DNA of 64,000 bases from Longimicrobiales bacterium (GCA_965219445.1 CBDCNQ010000004.1:800001-864000), one strand, 5' to 3'. Shown: positions 8,245 to 19,263, numbered from the stretch's first letter. Notes: generated from the sequence alone by a model not told the origin. A program made the numbers and translations.

Positions 8245-11200
8245 GTGAGCTTCGTCCACCTCCACACGCACTCTGAATACTCGCTCCTCGACGGAGCCAA
8301 TCGCCTCACCGACCTTGTCCGCCGGGCCAAGGAATACGAGATGCCCGGCCTCGCCCTCACCGACCACGGTTGTCTCTTCGGCGCCTGGGCCTTCCACAAG
8401 CTGGCCAGCAAAGACGGGATCAAGCCGATCATCGGCATGGAGGCGTACGTGGCGCCGAGCGATCGGCGGGACCGCTCCAAGGCCGGTCATGGAGAGCGAG
8501 CCTACTACCACCTCGTGCTCCTGGCCCGGGATATGGAGGGCTACAAGAACCTGGTAAAGCTGTCCTCCATCGGGTACACGGAGGGCTTCTACCACAAACC
8601 GAGGGTGGATCGGGAGGTCTTGGCGGCCCACGCCGGGGGACTGGTGGTCAGCTCGGCGTGTCTGGCGGGAGAGGTCGCTCGGCATCTTACGGCGGACAAC
8701 TGGGAGGGTGCCCGCGAGGCCGCCACTTGGTACGCGAACCTCTTCGAGGACCGGTATTACCTGGAGGTTCAGGCGCACGACTCCGAGGGGCAAGCAGATT
8801 TGAATCAGAAAATCTTCAAGCTCTCCGAGGAGACGGGCCTTCCCGTGATCGCCACCAACGACGCGCACTTTCTTCTGGCCGAGGATCACGAAGCGCACGA
8901 CGTCCTGCTGTGTATCGGACTCGGAAAAGACCGAAGCGACACGAGCCGTATGCGGTACGACGACGGTCTCTACTTCAAGAGCGCTCCCGAGATCGCCGAA
9001 CGCTTCCCGGATCGGCCGGACGTTCTCGAGAACACGTTGAAAATCGCCGACGACGTGAACCTCGGCTTCGAAAAGACCTACCACTTACCCGCGTTCCCGC
9101 TTCCCGACGACCACACGGACGAGAACGAATATCTCGTCTTTCTGGCCACGCAGGGGGCGGAGCGGCGCTATGGAGACGTCCTGCCCGCAGCGGTCCGGGA
9201 GCGCCTCGACTACGAGTTGAGAGTCATCACCGAAACGGGGTATGCCGGCTATTTCCTGATCACGTGGGATTTCATCGACTGGGCCCGGCGCCACGGCATT
9301 CCGGTGGGACCGGGCCGGGGTTCGGCCGCGGGGTCCATCGTCGCCTATTCCCTCTGGATCACCAATCTCGATCCTCTGGCCTTCGACTTACTCTTCGAGC
9401 GTTTTCTGAATCCCGAGCGGATTTCGATGCCGGACATCGACGTCGACTTCTGCTATGAACGGCGGGGCGAAGTCATCGAGTACGTGAAGGAGAAATACGG
9501 GAAGAGCGCCGTCGGGCAGATCATTACGTTCGGGACCATGAAGTCCCGCGCGGTGATCCGCGACGTCGGCCGAACCCTCGGGATGGAGCCGTCCGAAACC
9601 GACCGGATCGCCAAGATGATCCCCAACACACCGGGACAGGCCTTCACCGTCGAAGAGGCGATCAAGAAGCTCAAAGAGGTGAAGGACCTGTACGACGAGG
9701 GGGGCCGATACAAGCAACTCTTCGACTACTCCATGACGCTCGAGGGTCTTTCCCGGCACTCGTCGGTGCACGCCGCGGGCGTCGTGATCGCGCCGGGCCC
9801 GCTCGACGACTACGTGCCGGTCTGCATCCAAACGGGAAAGAACGGCTCGAACGGAGACGCCTCCGAGGCGATGCATGTCACGCAGTACGACATGAACTGT
9901 CTCGAAGATGCAGGTATGCTCAAGATGGATTTCCTGGGTCTCAAAACACTCACGGTCATCCACGACGCCGTGGAGGCGGTCGTGGCAAGGATCGGTGAGC
10001 TCCGGCACCCGGATACCGGTACCGTCTTCGAATCTATGGACGACGTTCCTCTGGACGACCCGTCCGTCTTCAAGATGCTCGCGAGAGGTGGGACGTCGGG
10101 CGTATTCCAGTTCGAATCGAGGTTGGCGATCGAAAAGCTCAGGGCCATGCGCTGTGACCGCTTTGATGACCTGGTGGCCACCAACGCGCTGATCCGCCCC
10201 GGTCCGCTCGACTCGGGCATGGCAGATGCTTATATCCGGCGGAAGACAGGCCGGGAAGAGGTCCGTTACGACCATCCCGACCTCCAGCCCATCCTCGAGC
10301 CCACGTATGGCATCATCGTCTACCAAGAGCAGGTGATGCGGATCGCGAACGTCCTGGGCGGCTACAACCTGGCCGAGGCCGATGTGCTCCGGAAAGCGAT
10401 GGGAAAGAAGATCGCCTCACTCATCCGGGCGGAGCTCCAGCAGTTCATCACGAAGGCCGTCGCCCGGGGCGTGGAGCAGCGCACGGCGGAGAACCTGGCG
10501 GAGCAGATCGAGACCTTCGGACGTTACGGCTTCAACCTGTCGCACTCCGCAGCGTACTCGGTAATCGCCTATCACACCGCCTGGCTGAAGGCGCACTACC
10601 CTGCGGAGTTCATGGCCGCCATGCTCTCGGCGGTCGTCTCCAACACCGACGACGTGGTCAAGTACATCGGAGAGTGCCGGGAACTCCCTCGCTATCTGCC
10701 GAAATTGGACGATGGCATCCAGGTCCTCCCGCCCAACGTGAACGAGTCGGGCTGGAAATTCACAGCGGTCGGTGAGACGCACATCCGCTTCGGCCTGGGT
10801 GCCATTCGGGGCGTGGGATCGAGCGGGGTCAAATCGATCCTCAGCGCGCGTGAAGCCGAGGGGCCCTTCAGCGCCATGTTCGAGTTCTTGGAGCGTGTCG
10901 ATCTCCGGGCCCTGAACAAGCGCGCCGTCGAAGCGCTCATCACGGCGGGAGCCCTGGATTCGTTCGGGTATCGCGCGCAGCTCGTGGCCGGGCTCGACGC
11001 CGCCTACTCGGAGATCAGCGCCCGAAAGGCCGAAGAAGAAGCAGGCCAGGCCTCTCTCTTCGGCACCGGAGACGCAACCCTCGAGCGCAAAGACCCCGGC
11101 CTTCCGAACGTCCCAAAATGGCCGGAGCAGGAGCTGTTGAAGAGAGAGAAGGAGGCCCTGGGTTTCTTTATTTCTGGCCACCCACTCGATCGGTTTGCCG

Positions 11201-11811
11201 AGGTCGTGCGGGCCTTCGATGGCGTGAACACAGCGAATTTGAAGGAACATCTCGGACGGCCGCTCGAGCTGGCCTGCGTCGTGACCAAGGTCCAAAGGCA
11301 GATCTCACGCCGTGACAACTCCGAGTGGGGTAAGATCACGGTAGAGGATTTTCACGGTACGGCCACGGCCCTCGCCTTCAAGGACAACTGGCAGAAGTAC
11401 AAGGAGACGCTTCAACAGGACGCGGTGGTGCTCATCTCCGGAAAGGTGAGCGGACGGGAGCGCGACGAGGAAGACCCACCGGTTTTCCTCGACGAGGCCG
11501 TTCTACTAGAGGGCGTTCCCAACAGCGGCCAGCTCGCCCTTCAGATCGAGTTGTCGGTAGGCGCGGAGCTGGACGACGACGTCTTCGCCAGAGCCAAGGA
11601 GGTCTTGGCCGCTCACCCCGGAACGGCCCCCGTCGAGCTCATCTTGGGCAACGACAACGGGGTTGCGGCACCAGTCCTGCGGTCACGGACGCTCAAGACG
11701 GACCCCAGCCACGACACCATTGAGGCGCTGCAGGAGATGTTCGGGAAGGCTCGGGTACGCTTGGTGAGGGTCGCGGATGGAAGGAGCGTGCCGGATCCAG
11801 AGGCGTACTAG
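8245..11811 (+). CDS. dnaE: DNA polymerase III alpha subunit
   Basis: FVHLHTHSEYSLLDG PHP domain, GPGRGSAAGS, FERFLNPERISMPDIDVDF, KMDFLGLKTL, YGFNLSHSAAY. Confidence 0.98.
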   Translation: MSFVHLHTHSEYSLLDGANRLTDLVRRAKEYEMPGLALTDHGCLFGAWAFHKLASKDGIKPIIGMEAYVAPSDRRDRSKAGHGERAYYHLVLLARDMEGYKNLVKLSSIGYTEGFYHKPRVDREVLAAHAGGLVVSSACLAGEVARHLTADNWEGAREAATWYANLFEDRYYLEVQAHDSEGQADLNQKIFKLSEETGLPVIATNDAHFLLAEDHEAHDVLLCIGLGKDRSDTSRMRYDDGLYFKSAPEIAERFPDRPDVLENTLKIADDVNLGFEKTYHLPAFPLPDDHTDENEYLVFLATQGAERRYGDVLPAAVRERLDYELRVITETGYAGYFLITWDFIDWARRHGIPVGPGRGSAAGSIVAYSLWITNLDPLAFDLLFERFLNPERISMPDIDVDFCYERRGEVIEYVKEKYGKSAVGQIITFGTMKSRAVIRDVGRTLGMEPSETDRIAKMIPNTPGQAFTVEEAIKKLKEVKDLYDEGGRYKQLFDYSMTLEGLSRHSSVHAAGVVIAPGPLDDYVPVCIQTGKNGSNGDASEAMHVTQYDMNCLEDAGMLKMDFLGLKTLTVIHDAVEAVVARIGELRHPDTGTVFESMDDVPLDDPSVFKMLARGGTSGVFQFESRLAIEKLRAMRCDRFDDLVATNALIRPGPLDSGMADAYIRRKTGREEVRYDHPDLQPILEPTYGIIVYQEQVMRIANVLGGYNLAEADVLRKAMGKKIASLIRAELQQFITKAVARGVEQRTAENLAEQIETFGRYGFNLSHSAAYSVIAYHTAWLKAHYPAEFMAAMLSAVVSNTDDVVKYIGECRELPRYLPKLDDGIQVLPPNVNESGWKFTAVGETHIRFGLGAIRGVGSSGVKSILSAREAEGPFSAMFEFLERVDLRALNKRAVEALITAGALDSFGYRAQLVAGLDAAYSEISARKAEEEAGQASLFGTGDATLERKDPGLPNVPKWPEQELLKREKEALGFFISGHPLDRFAEVVRAFDGVNTANLKEHLGRPLELACVVTKVQRQISRRDNSEWGKITVEDFHGTATALAFKDNWQKYKETLQQDAVVLISGKVSGRERDEEDPPVFLDEAVLLEGVPNSGQLALQIELSVGAELDDDVFARAKEVLAAHPGTAPVELILGNDNGVAAPVLRSRTLKTDPSHDTIEALQEMFGKARVRLVRVADGRSVPDPEAY

Positions 11812-11838
11812 AAGGCCCTTCAACGGGTCGCGCATCCC

Positions 11839-13086
11839 ATGATCACGATCACCCCGGTCCGCCGCGCGCTCATCCCCGTCGATTCGTCTGCGGCCGCCCG
11901 TATCAGTGCCCCCAACTACGACGAGTTCCAGAGCGATCACGAGATTTGGGACTGCCTTCAGGACAGTCCCATGAGTGTGCTACGTGTGACCATGGCTCAT
12001 TGCCACGCGAGCTCCCCCGATGCGATGGGCCTCGGCGATTCGCCAGATGCTCTGGCCAAGGCGGGCGTCAATATGGAGGAGCTCAAGGCGAGTGAACTCA
12101 CGCAGGAGGTGCACGACATCCTCTGGGTCTACGAGATCGAAGACCCCAGCCGCCCGGATGTTCGCCAGATCGGTCTGGGCGGGATGGCTCGGACCGACGA
12201 GATCCGGACCGACGCGACCCCCCGAGGGACCATCATCCGGAACGAGGGAGTCCGTGGGCCGAAGGCACGCGGCCGGGCCGACTTGATCCAGGCCACTCAT
12301 GCGATCATCGGCATCGTGAACAACGGAGTCGACGACGCGTCGGGCGGGTTCCAGAGCCACTTGGAGGCACACGCGGACGGCACTCCGCCTGACTTCGAGG
12401 TTGTCGATCGACACGCGAACCGACACCGCGTTTGGATCGTCCTCGACGGGGGGGCCATCGAGCGGTTCCAGACGCTCCTCACGGAGGAGCCACAGGCGTA
12501 CGTGGCTGATGGGAATCACCGGAGCGCGGCCGCGGCCATGCTCGGATGCGAGCACTTTCTGAGCGTCTTCTTCCCAACTCGCACGATGGGTATCCGGCCG
12601 TACAACCGGCTCGTGCGGGCCTCAGCGCCTCCGTCGGATCTGCTCACGGGCGCAATCGAGGAGAAGTTCGGAGTCGATACACCCGACGAGGCGGGCCCCT
12701 ACCAGCCTACCGAGACCCATGACATCGGGCTCTACACCGCCGACCATGGCTGGCTGCGTCTAAGACCGATTCCGGGGACGTTCGATCCGGACAACGCGGC
12801 CGAAGCCATCGATTACGGCATCGTCCAAAGGAACCTCTTTGCGCACGCCTTAGGGATCGCAGACGCTGGCGACGACCGGCTCACCTTTGTCGGCAGTAAC
12901 AGGGATGCGACGTGGCTGCAACGGGAGGTGGACGAAGGGAGGGCGGCGTACGCAGTAACGCTCGCGGCGGTCACCATGGACGAATTCATCGAAGTGTGCC
13001 GCCAGAACCGGCAAATGCCACCCAAATCGACCTGGTTCGAGCCGAAGGTACGGAGCGGGCTGGTGATGGCGTTGCTGGACGTATAG
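11839..13086 (+). CDS. DUF1015 family protein
   Basis: APNYD, YVADGNHR, MPPKSTWFEPKVRSGL. Confidence 0.88.
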   Translation: MITITPVRRALIPVDSSAAARISAPNYDEFQSDHEIWDCLQDSPMSVLRVTMAHCHASSPDAMGLGDSPDALAKAGVNMEELKASELTQEVHDILWVYEIEDPSRPDVRQIGLGGMARTDEIRTDATPRGTIIRNEGVRGPKARGRADLIQATHAIIGIVNNGVDDASGGFQSHLEAHADGTPPDFEVVDRHANRHRVWIVLDGGAIERFQTLLTEEPQAYVADGNHRSAAAAMLGCEHFLSVFFPTRTMGIRPYNRLVRASAPPSDLLTGAIEEKFGVDTPDEAGPYQPTETHDIGLYTADHGWLRLRPIPGTFDPDNAAEAIDYGIVQRNLFAHALGIADAGDDRLTFVGSNRDATWLQREVDEGRAAYAVTLAAVTMDEFIEVCRQNRQMPPKSTWFEPKVRSGLVMALLDV

Positions 13087-13128
13087 AGAGGCGCGGTTGA
13101 GAAGTGCAGCGGGCCTCTCAGCGGGCCT

Positions 13129-15255
13129 CTAGGTAACCTCTGCGACGAGACGGGGCTCAGGACCACCACGTATCGGCGCCTCGGCGACCTGAGGGGCCGC
13201 TGTCCGTGAGCGGATCAGGAACGCACCGAGGTAGGCCACGATCGCGATCAAGGTCAGAGCCTTGAGACCCAGTGACATCGAGAAGAACTCCATAAGGCCC
13301 CCAGCCACTGCCCCCAGTAGATTCCACCCGAAGGCGATGTCCGCTGCTGGACGGACGCGGAAGCGCAGGGCAAAGCACACGGAGGCGAAGAAAATCGGAC
13401 CGCCGACCATGAGAACGGACAGCATTAGGCGAACGGCCGTGGAGCGTCCGACCAAGGCTTCCGTCGGAACCAAATAGGTGGCGAACAGCGCAAGAACGAG
13501 CCCGGTGCTTGCCCAAGCCCAGGGAAGGGGACGCAACGCCATGAGCACGGTTCCGACCAAGATCGTCGCCAGGATGGCCCCGAATACTACCGCACTCGTG
13601 AGCCATGTGGCCCCCCAGGCCAGATTCATCGTGGTCACGAACTTGGTCTCGATCAGGAGAAACGCGAGACCGAAGAGAAGCATCTCCCAGTCCACCTCAC
13701 CCCGCTGGAGCAGCCCCTCGCGCATCTCACGAGAACTCACCAGGACCCCGACGACGGCGATGATGAGGAAAATGGCCATGAGCGACAGATAGAACCCGCT
13801 GATCCCCCTTTCTTCGAGGTACAGATAGGGCCAATCGTCCGTGGGAAGATCCAGCGACGGGAGGGTCACGTTGTAGTAGTCGTCGACTTCCTCGGGCGTC
13901 GGCTGCGAAAGATGGGCAAAGGCGGGCCCTGACGCGAAGATCGTGTTGAAGAGGGCGTAGTCGTTGATATGAACCGCTGGAAGAGCCTCGAAACTACTAG
14001 CAAGGATGCCAACGAGATGGTCGTGGATATATTGCTCCCCGATCATGAAATACAGGACGAGCCCTCCTTCGGGAGTCAGGCGTGAGGCGGCCGCATCGAT
14101 CGCCTCCCTCGTATAGACGAAGTTGTCGAGGCGCACGCTCGAGAGGGCGGACAGGCGGGTCATCGAGTCCAGAGTCCCGAATACGATCAGGTCGTATGTG
14201 TACTCGGTGTCCCTCAGAAAGGCGCGCCCATCCTGATTGAACACTTTGACCCTATCCGAGTCATACGGGCGGTTCGGATGGTTTCGTCCCATCCGGAGAA
14301 TCACCGGGTCGATCTCGACGGCGTGAACCTCCGAGAATCCCTCGTCCAGCAACATCGCCACGTCGTTGCCGGTGCCCGCTCCCAGGACGAGGGCTCTCCC
14401 CCGCGGGCCCATCATCTGCTGGACGGGCAGGTGATATCCTGTACGCGTGAGCGAGTATGCACCGTCATCCCCGGAGGACGGTTGTACGAGGCTAAGCGCA
14501 CGCTGGTGGAGGGAGCCGTTGGCGACTACCGCAAACCCGGCCTCAACAGGCGTGGGTACCGAGGCCAGGGCATAATACGGACTGTAATCCGTCGCCGGCT
14601 CGGTTCGCTGCACGGCCACCACGATGGCTATCATCGCCACACCGTAGTACACCCAGAGCTGCTTCTTGTCTGCGATCACTAAAAGCCCCACGAGTCCGAC
14701 TACGGCGAACCACGTCACCGGCCACGCTCCAATGAACGACACGATGGCGAACCCGATGACCCCGAGGAGGGATCCAAACAGATCGAGGCTGTAGCCCCAA
14801 AGGGAACTCGACTCGCGACGAAAACGATCGAGCCGCTCACCGACGAACTGTCCCAGCGGCACGAAGGAACTCGCCGAAAGTACGAAGAGCAGGATGATCG
14901 GCAGACGGATACCATCGATGACGAGGGCGTCAGGTCCGAGGTCGTAGTACAGCAGCCAGAGATGCTCGCTCACCGAGTCGGCGGTAAAGGCGATCCTGCT
15001 CAAACCGATCGCCACCCCGACCACGAGCGCCAATAGGAGGGGCCAAAGCCAGAGCATCGACTTCTTTCTTCCCCTCAGAGCTCCGATTCCCAACCCGAGA
15101 AAGGAGCTGATCAGGATAAGATTTGGGAAGTACGCGATGACCCGGACCTGAGCCGGGAGCCAACGAATGAGCGCCAACTCTTGGAACAAGACCACGAAGG
15201 AGGCCGCCGCGATCTCGAGGCCGGCGCGACGCAACGTTGTCGAGGAATGTTTCAT
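13129..15255 (-). CDS. Membrane-bound spermidine-synthase-like SAM-binding protein
   Basis: Multi-TM N- and C-termini around 'LVLGAGTGNDV...AVEIDP...DGRAFL...YDLIVF...PTDDWPYLY'. Confidence 0.8.
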   Translation of the reverse strand: MKHSSTTLRRAGLEIAAASFVVLFQELALIRWLPAQVRVIAYFPNLILISSFLGLGIGALRGRKKSMLWLWPLLLALVVGVAIGLSRIAFTADSVSEHLWLLYYDLGPDALVIDGIRLPIILLFVLSASSFVPLGQFVGERLDRFRRESSSLWGYSLDLFGSLLGVIGFAIVSFIGAWPVTWFAVVGLVGLLVIADKKQLWVYYGVAMIAIVVAVQRTEPATDYSPYYALASVPTPVEAGFAVVANGSLHQRALSLVQPSSGDDGAYSLTRTGYHLPVQQMMGPRGRALVLGAGTGNDVAMLLDEGFSEVHAVEIDPVILRMGRNHPNRPYDSDRVKVFNQDGRAFLRDTEYTYDLIVFGTLDSMTRLSALSSVRLDNFVYTREAIDAAASRLTPEGGLVLYFMIGEQYIHDHLVGILASSFEALPAVHINDYALFNTIFASGPAFAHLSQPTPEEVDDYYNVTLPSLDLPTDDWPYLYLEERGISGFYLSLMAIFLIIAVVGVLVSSREMREGLLQRGEVDWEMLLFGLAFLLIETKFVTTMNLAWGATWLTSAVVFGAILATILVGTVLMALRPLPWAWASTGLVLALFATYLVPTEALVGRSTAVRLMLSVLMVGGPIFFASVCFALRFRVRPAADIAFGWNLLGAVAGGLMEFFSMSLGLKALTLIAIVAYLGAFLIRSRTAAPQVAEAPIRGGPEPRLVAEVT

Positions 15256-15337
15256 GTCCCTCAAATATTCCCCACAACGGAGCAGGCCATCAAGCTATTT
15301 CTACCGAAGCCTACCGTGTCCCCGCACCTATGGCGAT

Positions 15338-15757
15338 TTAGCTGTGTGTACCCTCTGGGCGGTCGCTGTCATCTTGCATGCCGATCGGGGCATCCGGTCC
15401 GGGGGGTCCGTCTTCGGTCTCGCTCGGACGCTCGCCCAGCTGAGGTTGGACGGCCGCGTAGAGCCGCTTCCCCTCCGACGCTTCGCGAGTTCGGCTACCA
15501 TCCCGGACCTTCAGCAGGTGGACCGTGGACGAAACAGCCACCAAGACCGCCGTAACGAGCCCCAACCGAGAGGCGGCCTCCAACGATCCCGACCCGGGAA
15601 GTGACACAACCATCAACACCAATCCCGAGATTCCCTCCAGCACCGCGAGGGCGACACCCAAGAGGGCCGTAACACGGGCGCGGCTCTTTAACACCGCGGA
15701 GAGAACGGCAAACGCCCCGAAAAGGAAAAGGAGAATGAGCGGCAGGAGATCTCTCAC
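15338..15757 (-). CDS. Hypothetical membrane protein
   Basis: 139-aa ORF with three hydrophobic segments. Confidence 0.6.
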   Translation of the reverse strand: MRDLLPLILLFLFGAFAVLSAVLKSRARVTALLGVALAVLEGISGLVLMVVSLPGSGSLEAASRLGLVTAVLVAVSSTVHLLKVRDGSRTREASEGKRLYAAVQPQLGERPSETEDGPPGPDAPIGMQDDSDRPEGTHS

Positions 15758-15951
15758 GGTAGCTCGCAGGCCGTTGGCAACGGAGGATTCATCTCACAGT
15801 TCTGCTCGAACAGACTTTTAGTACGACGACGTGCGAGTTCGGTTCCGCCCCTTCAGGACTCGAGAGCAAGCGCCCACGCAGCCATCCAGAACGAGTTGTC
15901 ATGGAGCCGGCCTTGCCACACCTCGGTCATGCAGCCCAAACTACCCCCGCC

Positions 15952-16239
15952 ATGACACATCCTCCTGACCCTCGCACCGGCTCCAGTCGAAGCTACTGGC
16001 GCAAGAATCTCACGTACGTGAGCACTCTGCTGGTGGTCTGGTTCGGAATTTCGTACGGCGCGGGAATCTTGCTCGTCGAGCCGTTGAACCGTTTCCGCTT
16101 GCCCGGAACCGGCTTCCCGCTCGGGTTCTGGTTCGCGCAGCAGGGCTCCATCTACGTTTTTGTCGGCCTGATCTTCGTTTACGTGTACCTCATGAACCGC
16201 CTCGACCGTGAGTTCGGAGTCCACGAGGACGCGGAGTGA
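15952..16239 (+). CDS. DUF4212 family small subunit of a solute:sodium symporter
   Basis: YWRKNL...LLVVWFGISYG...GFPLGFWFAQQGSIYVFVGLIFVY; precedes an SSS gene. Confidence 0.9.
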   Translation: MTHPPDPRTGSSRSYWRKNLTYVSTLLVVWFGISYGAGILLVEPLNRFRLPGTGFPLGFWFAQQGSIYVFVGLIFVYVYLMNRLDREFGVHEDAE

Positions 16240-16249
16240 GGGGGGATCG

Positions 16250-17971
16250 ATGACCGTCCTAGCCTGGACCTTCGTCTTGGTGGGCCTTTCCTTCGCCCTA
16301 TACATTGGGGTCGCTGTCTGGTCCCGGGCGCACTCCACGAGCGAGTTCTACGTAGCGGGCACCGGCGTTTCGCCACTGGCGAACGGTATGGCCACCGCGG
16401 CGGACTGGATGTCCGCGGCGTCTTTTATTTCCATGGCGGGGTTAATCGCCTTCCAGGGCTACGACGGGTCGGTGTACCTGATGGGGTGGACCGGCGGGTA
16501 CGTACTCCTGGCGCTACTCCTCGCCCCTTACCTCAGAAAGTTCGGGGCCTACACCGTGCCCGATTTCGTAGGGGACCGATACTATTCGCAAGCGGCACGC
16601 ATCGTGGCGGTGGTTTGCGCCATCTTCGTGTCGTTTACGTATGTGGCCGGCCAGATGCGCGGCGTCGGGATCGTCTTCAGTCGCTTCCTGGAGGTGCCCA
16701 TCGAGATTGGTGTGTTCATCGGCATGGGCATCGTCTTCTTCTACGCCGTCCTGGGCGGCATGAAGGGCATCACCTATACGCAGGTCGCCCAGTACTGCGT
16801 GTTGATCTTCGCGTACTTGGTGCCCGCGATATTCCTCTCGCTCCTGATCACCGGCAACGCGATCCCTCAGCTCGGCTTTGGAGGAGTCGACCAGACGAGC
16901 GGGACCTTTCTGCTCGACCGTCTGAACGATCTACACGCAGAGTTGGGCTTCACGGAGTACACGTCCGGCAGAAAATCCATGATCGACGTCTTCTTCATTA
17001 CCGCGGCCCTCATGGTGGGTACCGCCGGTCTTCCGCACGTGATCATCCGCTTCTACACGGTTCCCAAAGTGAGGGACGCCCGCATCAGCGTCGGCTGGGC
17101 CTTGGTGTTCATCGCCCTTCTTTACACGGCGGCGCCCGCTGTGGCGGTCTTCGCGCGAACCAACCTCCTGACCACGGTGTCGGAACAGCCGTATTCAGAG
17201 ATGCCCGAATGGTTCACGACTTGGGAAAGTACGGGCCTGATCTCCTTCGAAGACCGGAACGGGGACGGCGTCATCCAATTCGTGGGCCCCGAAGCACGGG
17301 ACGCCGCAGGAGCACCGATCGAGAACGAGCTCACGATCGATCAGGACATCATTGTCCTGGCCAACCCGGAAATCTCAGGCCTGCCCAACTGGGTGATCGG
17401 CTTGGTCGCGGCCGGTGGGCTGGCTGCGGCCCTGTCCACCGCCGCCGGACTTCTCCTCGTGGTCTCGTCCGCGGTCAGCCACGACCTCCTGAAGCGTGGC
17501 TTCAGGCCGGATATCACGGAGCACGGAGAGCTCATCGCGGCCCGCGTCAGCGCAGGACTCGCCGTGGTGGTCGCGGGCTACCTCGGGATCAACCCTCCCG
17601 GATTCGTGGCGGAGGTCGTCGCGTTCGCGTTCGGGCTCGCGGCGGCTTCTTTCTTCCCGGCCATCATCTTGGGGATTTTCTCCAAGCGCATGAACCGGGA
17701 AGGGGCCGTCCTGGGGATGATCGCAGGGATCACGTTCACGGCCACCTACATCGTGTATTTCAAGTTCATCAACCCGGGGGCGAACAACGCCGAGTACTGG
17801 TGGTTCGGAATCTCACCTGAAGGGATCGGCACGCTCGGCATGCTACTGAACTTCGCGGTCGCGCTCACGATCTCCCGTTTCACTCCCCCACCGCCCGCCC
17901 AGATCGCGCATCTCGTCGACCTCATCCGTGTACCCCGAGGCGCCGGGGAGGCCCACGAAATCAGCGGATAG
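16250..17971 (+). CDS. Cation/acetate (ActP-like) sodium:solute symporter
   Basis: NGMATAADWMSAASFISMAG, GGMKGITYTQVAQY, GTAGLPHVIIRFYTVP, GGLAAALSTAAGLLL. Confidence 0.92.
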   Translation: MTVLAWTFVLVGLSFALYIGVAVWSRAHSTSEFYVAGTGVSPLANGMATAADWMSAASFISMAGLIAFQGYDGSVYLMGWTGGYVLLALLLAPYLRKFGAYTVPDFVGDRYYSQAARIVAVVCAIFVSFTYVAGQMRGVGIVFSRFLEVPIEIGVFIGMGIVFFYAVLGGMKGITYTQVAQYCVLIFAYLVPAIFLSLLITGNAIPQLGFGGVDQTSGTFLLDRLNDLHAELGFTEYTSGRKSMIDVFFITAALMVGTAGLPHVIIRFYTVPKVRDARISVGWALVFIALLYTAAPAVAVFARTNLLTTVSEQPYSEMPEWFTTWESTGLISFEDRNGDGVIQFVGPEARDAAGAPIENELTIDQDIIVLANPEISGLPNWVIGLVAAGGLAAALSTAAGLLLVVSSAVSHDLLKRGFRPDITEHGELIAARVSAGLAVVVAGYLGINPPGFVAEVVAFAFGLAAASFFPAIILGIFSKRMNREGAVLGMIAGITFTATYIVYFKFINPGANNAEYWWFGISPEGIGTLGMLLNFAVALTISRFTPPPPAQIAHLVDLIRVPRGAGEAHEISG

Positions 17972-18027
17972 GAGAGCTCTGCACGAGCGGCCGCGCAGAT
18001 CATGCCAATGAGCGAGGCGGGAGCGGA

Positions 18028-18138
18028 GACCGGCTTCTTTACCTTCCATACATCGCGCTCACCAAGAAAAACCCAGGAGATGAGTGTCTCCACCACTTCG
18101 ATTCCAGCTTCCACCAGATCGTCTCTCAGGCTTCCCAT
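18028..18138 (-). pseudogene. N-terminal remnant of an aminoglycoside-phosphotransferase/AAA-kinase fusion family gene
   Basis: MGSLRDDLVEAGIEVVETLISWVFLGERDVWKVKKPV matches the family 'ETHISWVFL...YKxKKPV' start; the frame then runs antisense into the symporter gene. Confidence 0.6.
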
Positions 18139-18328
18139 GGCTCGTCAACAACCCCGCTTCGAGTGCAGGTTCCTCTTGGTTTTACCCCTCAAGAGAGCAA
18201 TGCGGCCATCCCCCTTGAACTCGCCCCGCCACCCCGTATTATGGACCCCCATCAATACTAGGAACGGTCGAGCATGGGCGGATCCCCTCGCCGCGCTTTG
18301 CCGGGCCCACAGAGACCGGACAGTCAAC

Positions 18329-18628
18329 ATGACGTACATCGATCCATGTGAAGTTTCTCCAAACCACTACCGAGAGCTTTTCAACAACGAGCACCTGAGG
18401 GTGGTCGAAATGTCGCTACCAGCCGGAGAGAAGGACAACGAGCACTCCCACCCGAACGAAACGGCCTATTTCATCAAGGGTGGCAAACTCAAGATCTATG
18501 TGGGTGACGAGTCGATGGAAGCCGAGATCCCCGACGGCCACGTGATGTACCACGAGGCCTGGACGCACACCGTGGAGAATATCGGGGATACGGATGTCCT
18601 CGCCATCATCTACGAGCCCCACCCGTAA
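18329..18628 (+). CDS. Cupin domain protein
   Basis: 'ELFNNEHLRVVEMSLPAGEKDNEHSHP...WTHTVENIG'; candidate TTGAAC-N16-TATTAT promoter at 18215-18242. Confidence 0.85.
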   Translation: MTYIDPCEVSPNHYRELFNNEHLRVVEMSLPAGEKDNEHSHPNETAYFIKGGKLKIYVGDESMEAEIPDGHVMYHEAWTHTVENIGDTDVLAIIYEPHP

Positions 18629-18651
18629 CGGGCGCGAAACGGCTCTTTCAG

Positions 18652-19263
18652 ATGGAAAGTTGGTGGGCCAAGGGCCTCCTTTTCGAGAACTGCAACTGCC
18701 AAGTCGTGTGTCCGGGTCACGTCCACTTCTCCAACAAATGCACGCACGAGCGCTGCATCGGCTATTGGGCGATCCGATTCGATGAAGGCGCATACGGGGA
18801 CGTAGACCTCGCGGGCGTGAGAGCCGTCGTCGGGTACGACTCCCCGCAACACATGGTCTCGGGACGGTGGACTGAATCCCTCATCATCGACGAGCGTGCT
18901 TCCGAGGCACAGCGAACAGCTGTCGAGACCATTCTCACCGGGCGCGCCGGCGGCCCCTGGGCGGTGCTGGACCGCTTTGTGGAGCGGCGCCTGCCGACCC
19001 GGACGCTTCCCGTCGAGATCACCGACGAGGATGCGGTTAAGGGGGTCGCGATCGAAGGGCTTCTGGAGAGCGCCATCGAGAACATCCGAGGGTGGGACCG
19101 GAGCCGGCCTGTTACTTTCATGAACATGTTCAACCAGATTCACGGCTCCACTCAAGTGATCGCGGAGGGTGACACCGCCTACGACGACGGTGAGATTGTT
19201 GTGAAGAACGAGGGCACACATGCGCTTCACAGCCACTTCGACTGGTCGGTGACCCCGGAGTGA
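18652..19263 (+). CDS. DUF1326 domain protein
   Basis: W..KG..FENCNCQVVCPG, 'IDERASEAQRTAVETILTGRAGGPW'. Confidence 0.85.
   Translation: MESWWAKGLLFENCNCQVVCPGHVHFSNKCTHERCIGYWAIRFDEGAYGDVDLAGVRAVVGYDSPQHMVSGRWTESLIIDERASEAQRTAVETILTGRAGGPWAVLDRFVERRLPTRTLPVEITDEDAVKGVAIEGLLESAIENIRGWDRSRPVTFMNMFNQIHGSTQVIAEGDTAYDDGEIVVKNEGTHALHSHFDWSVTPE

Noticed and set aside
8245..11811. Intein in DnaE
   Set aside because: Normal length (1188 aa); no intein splice-junction or LAGLIDADG motifs; only short loop insertions.
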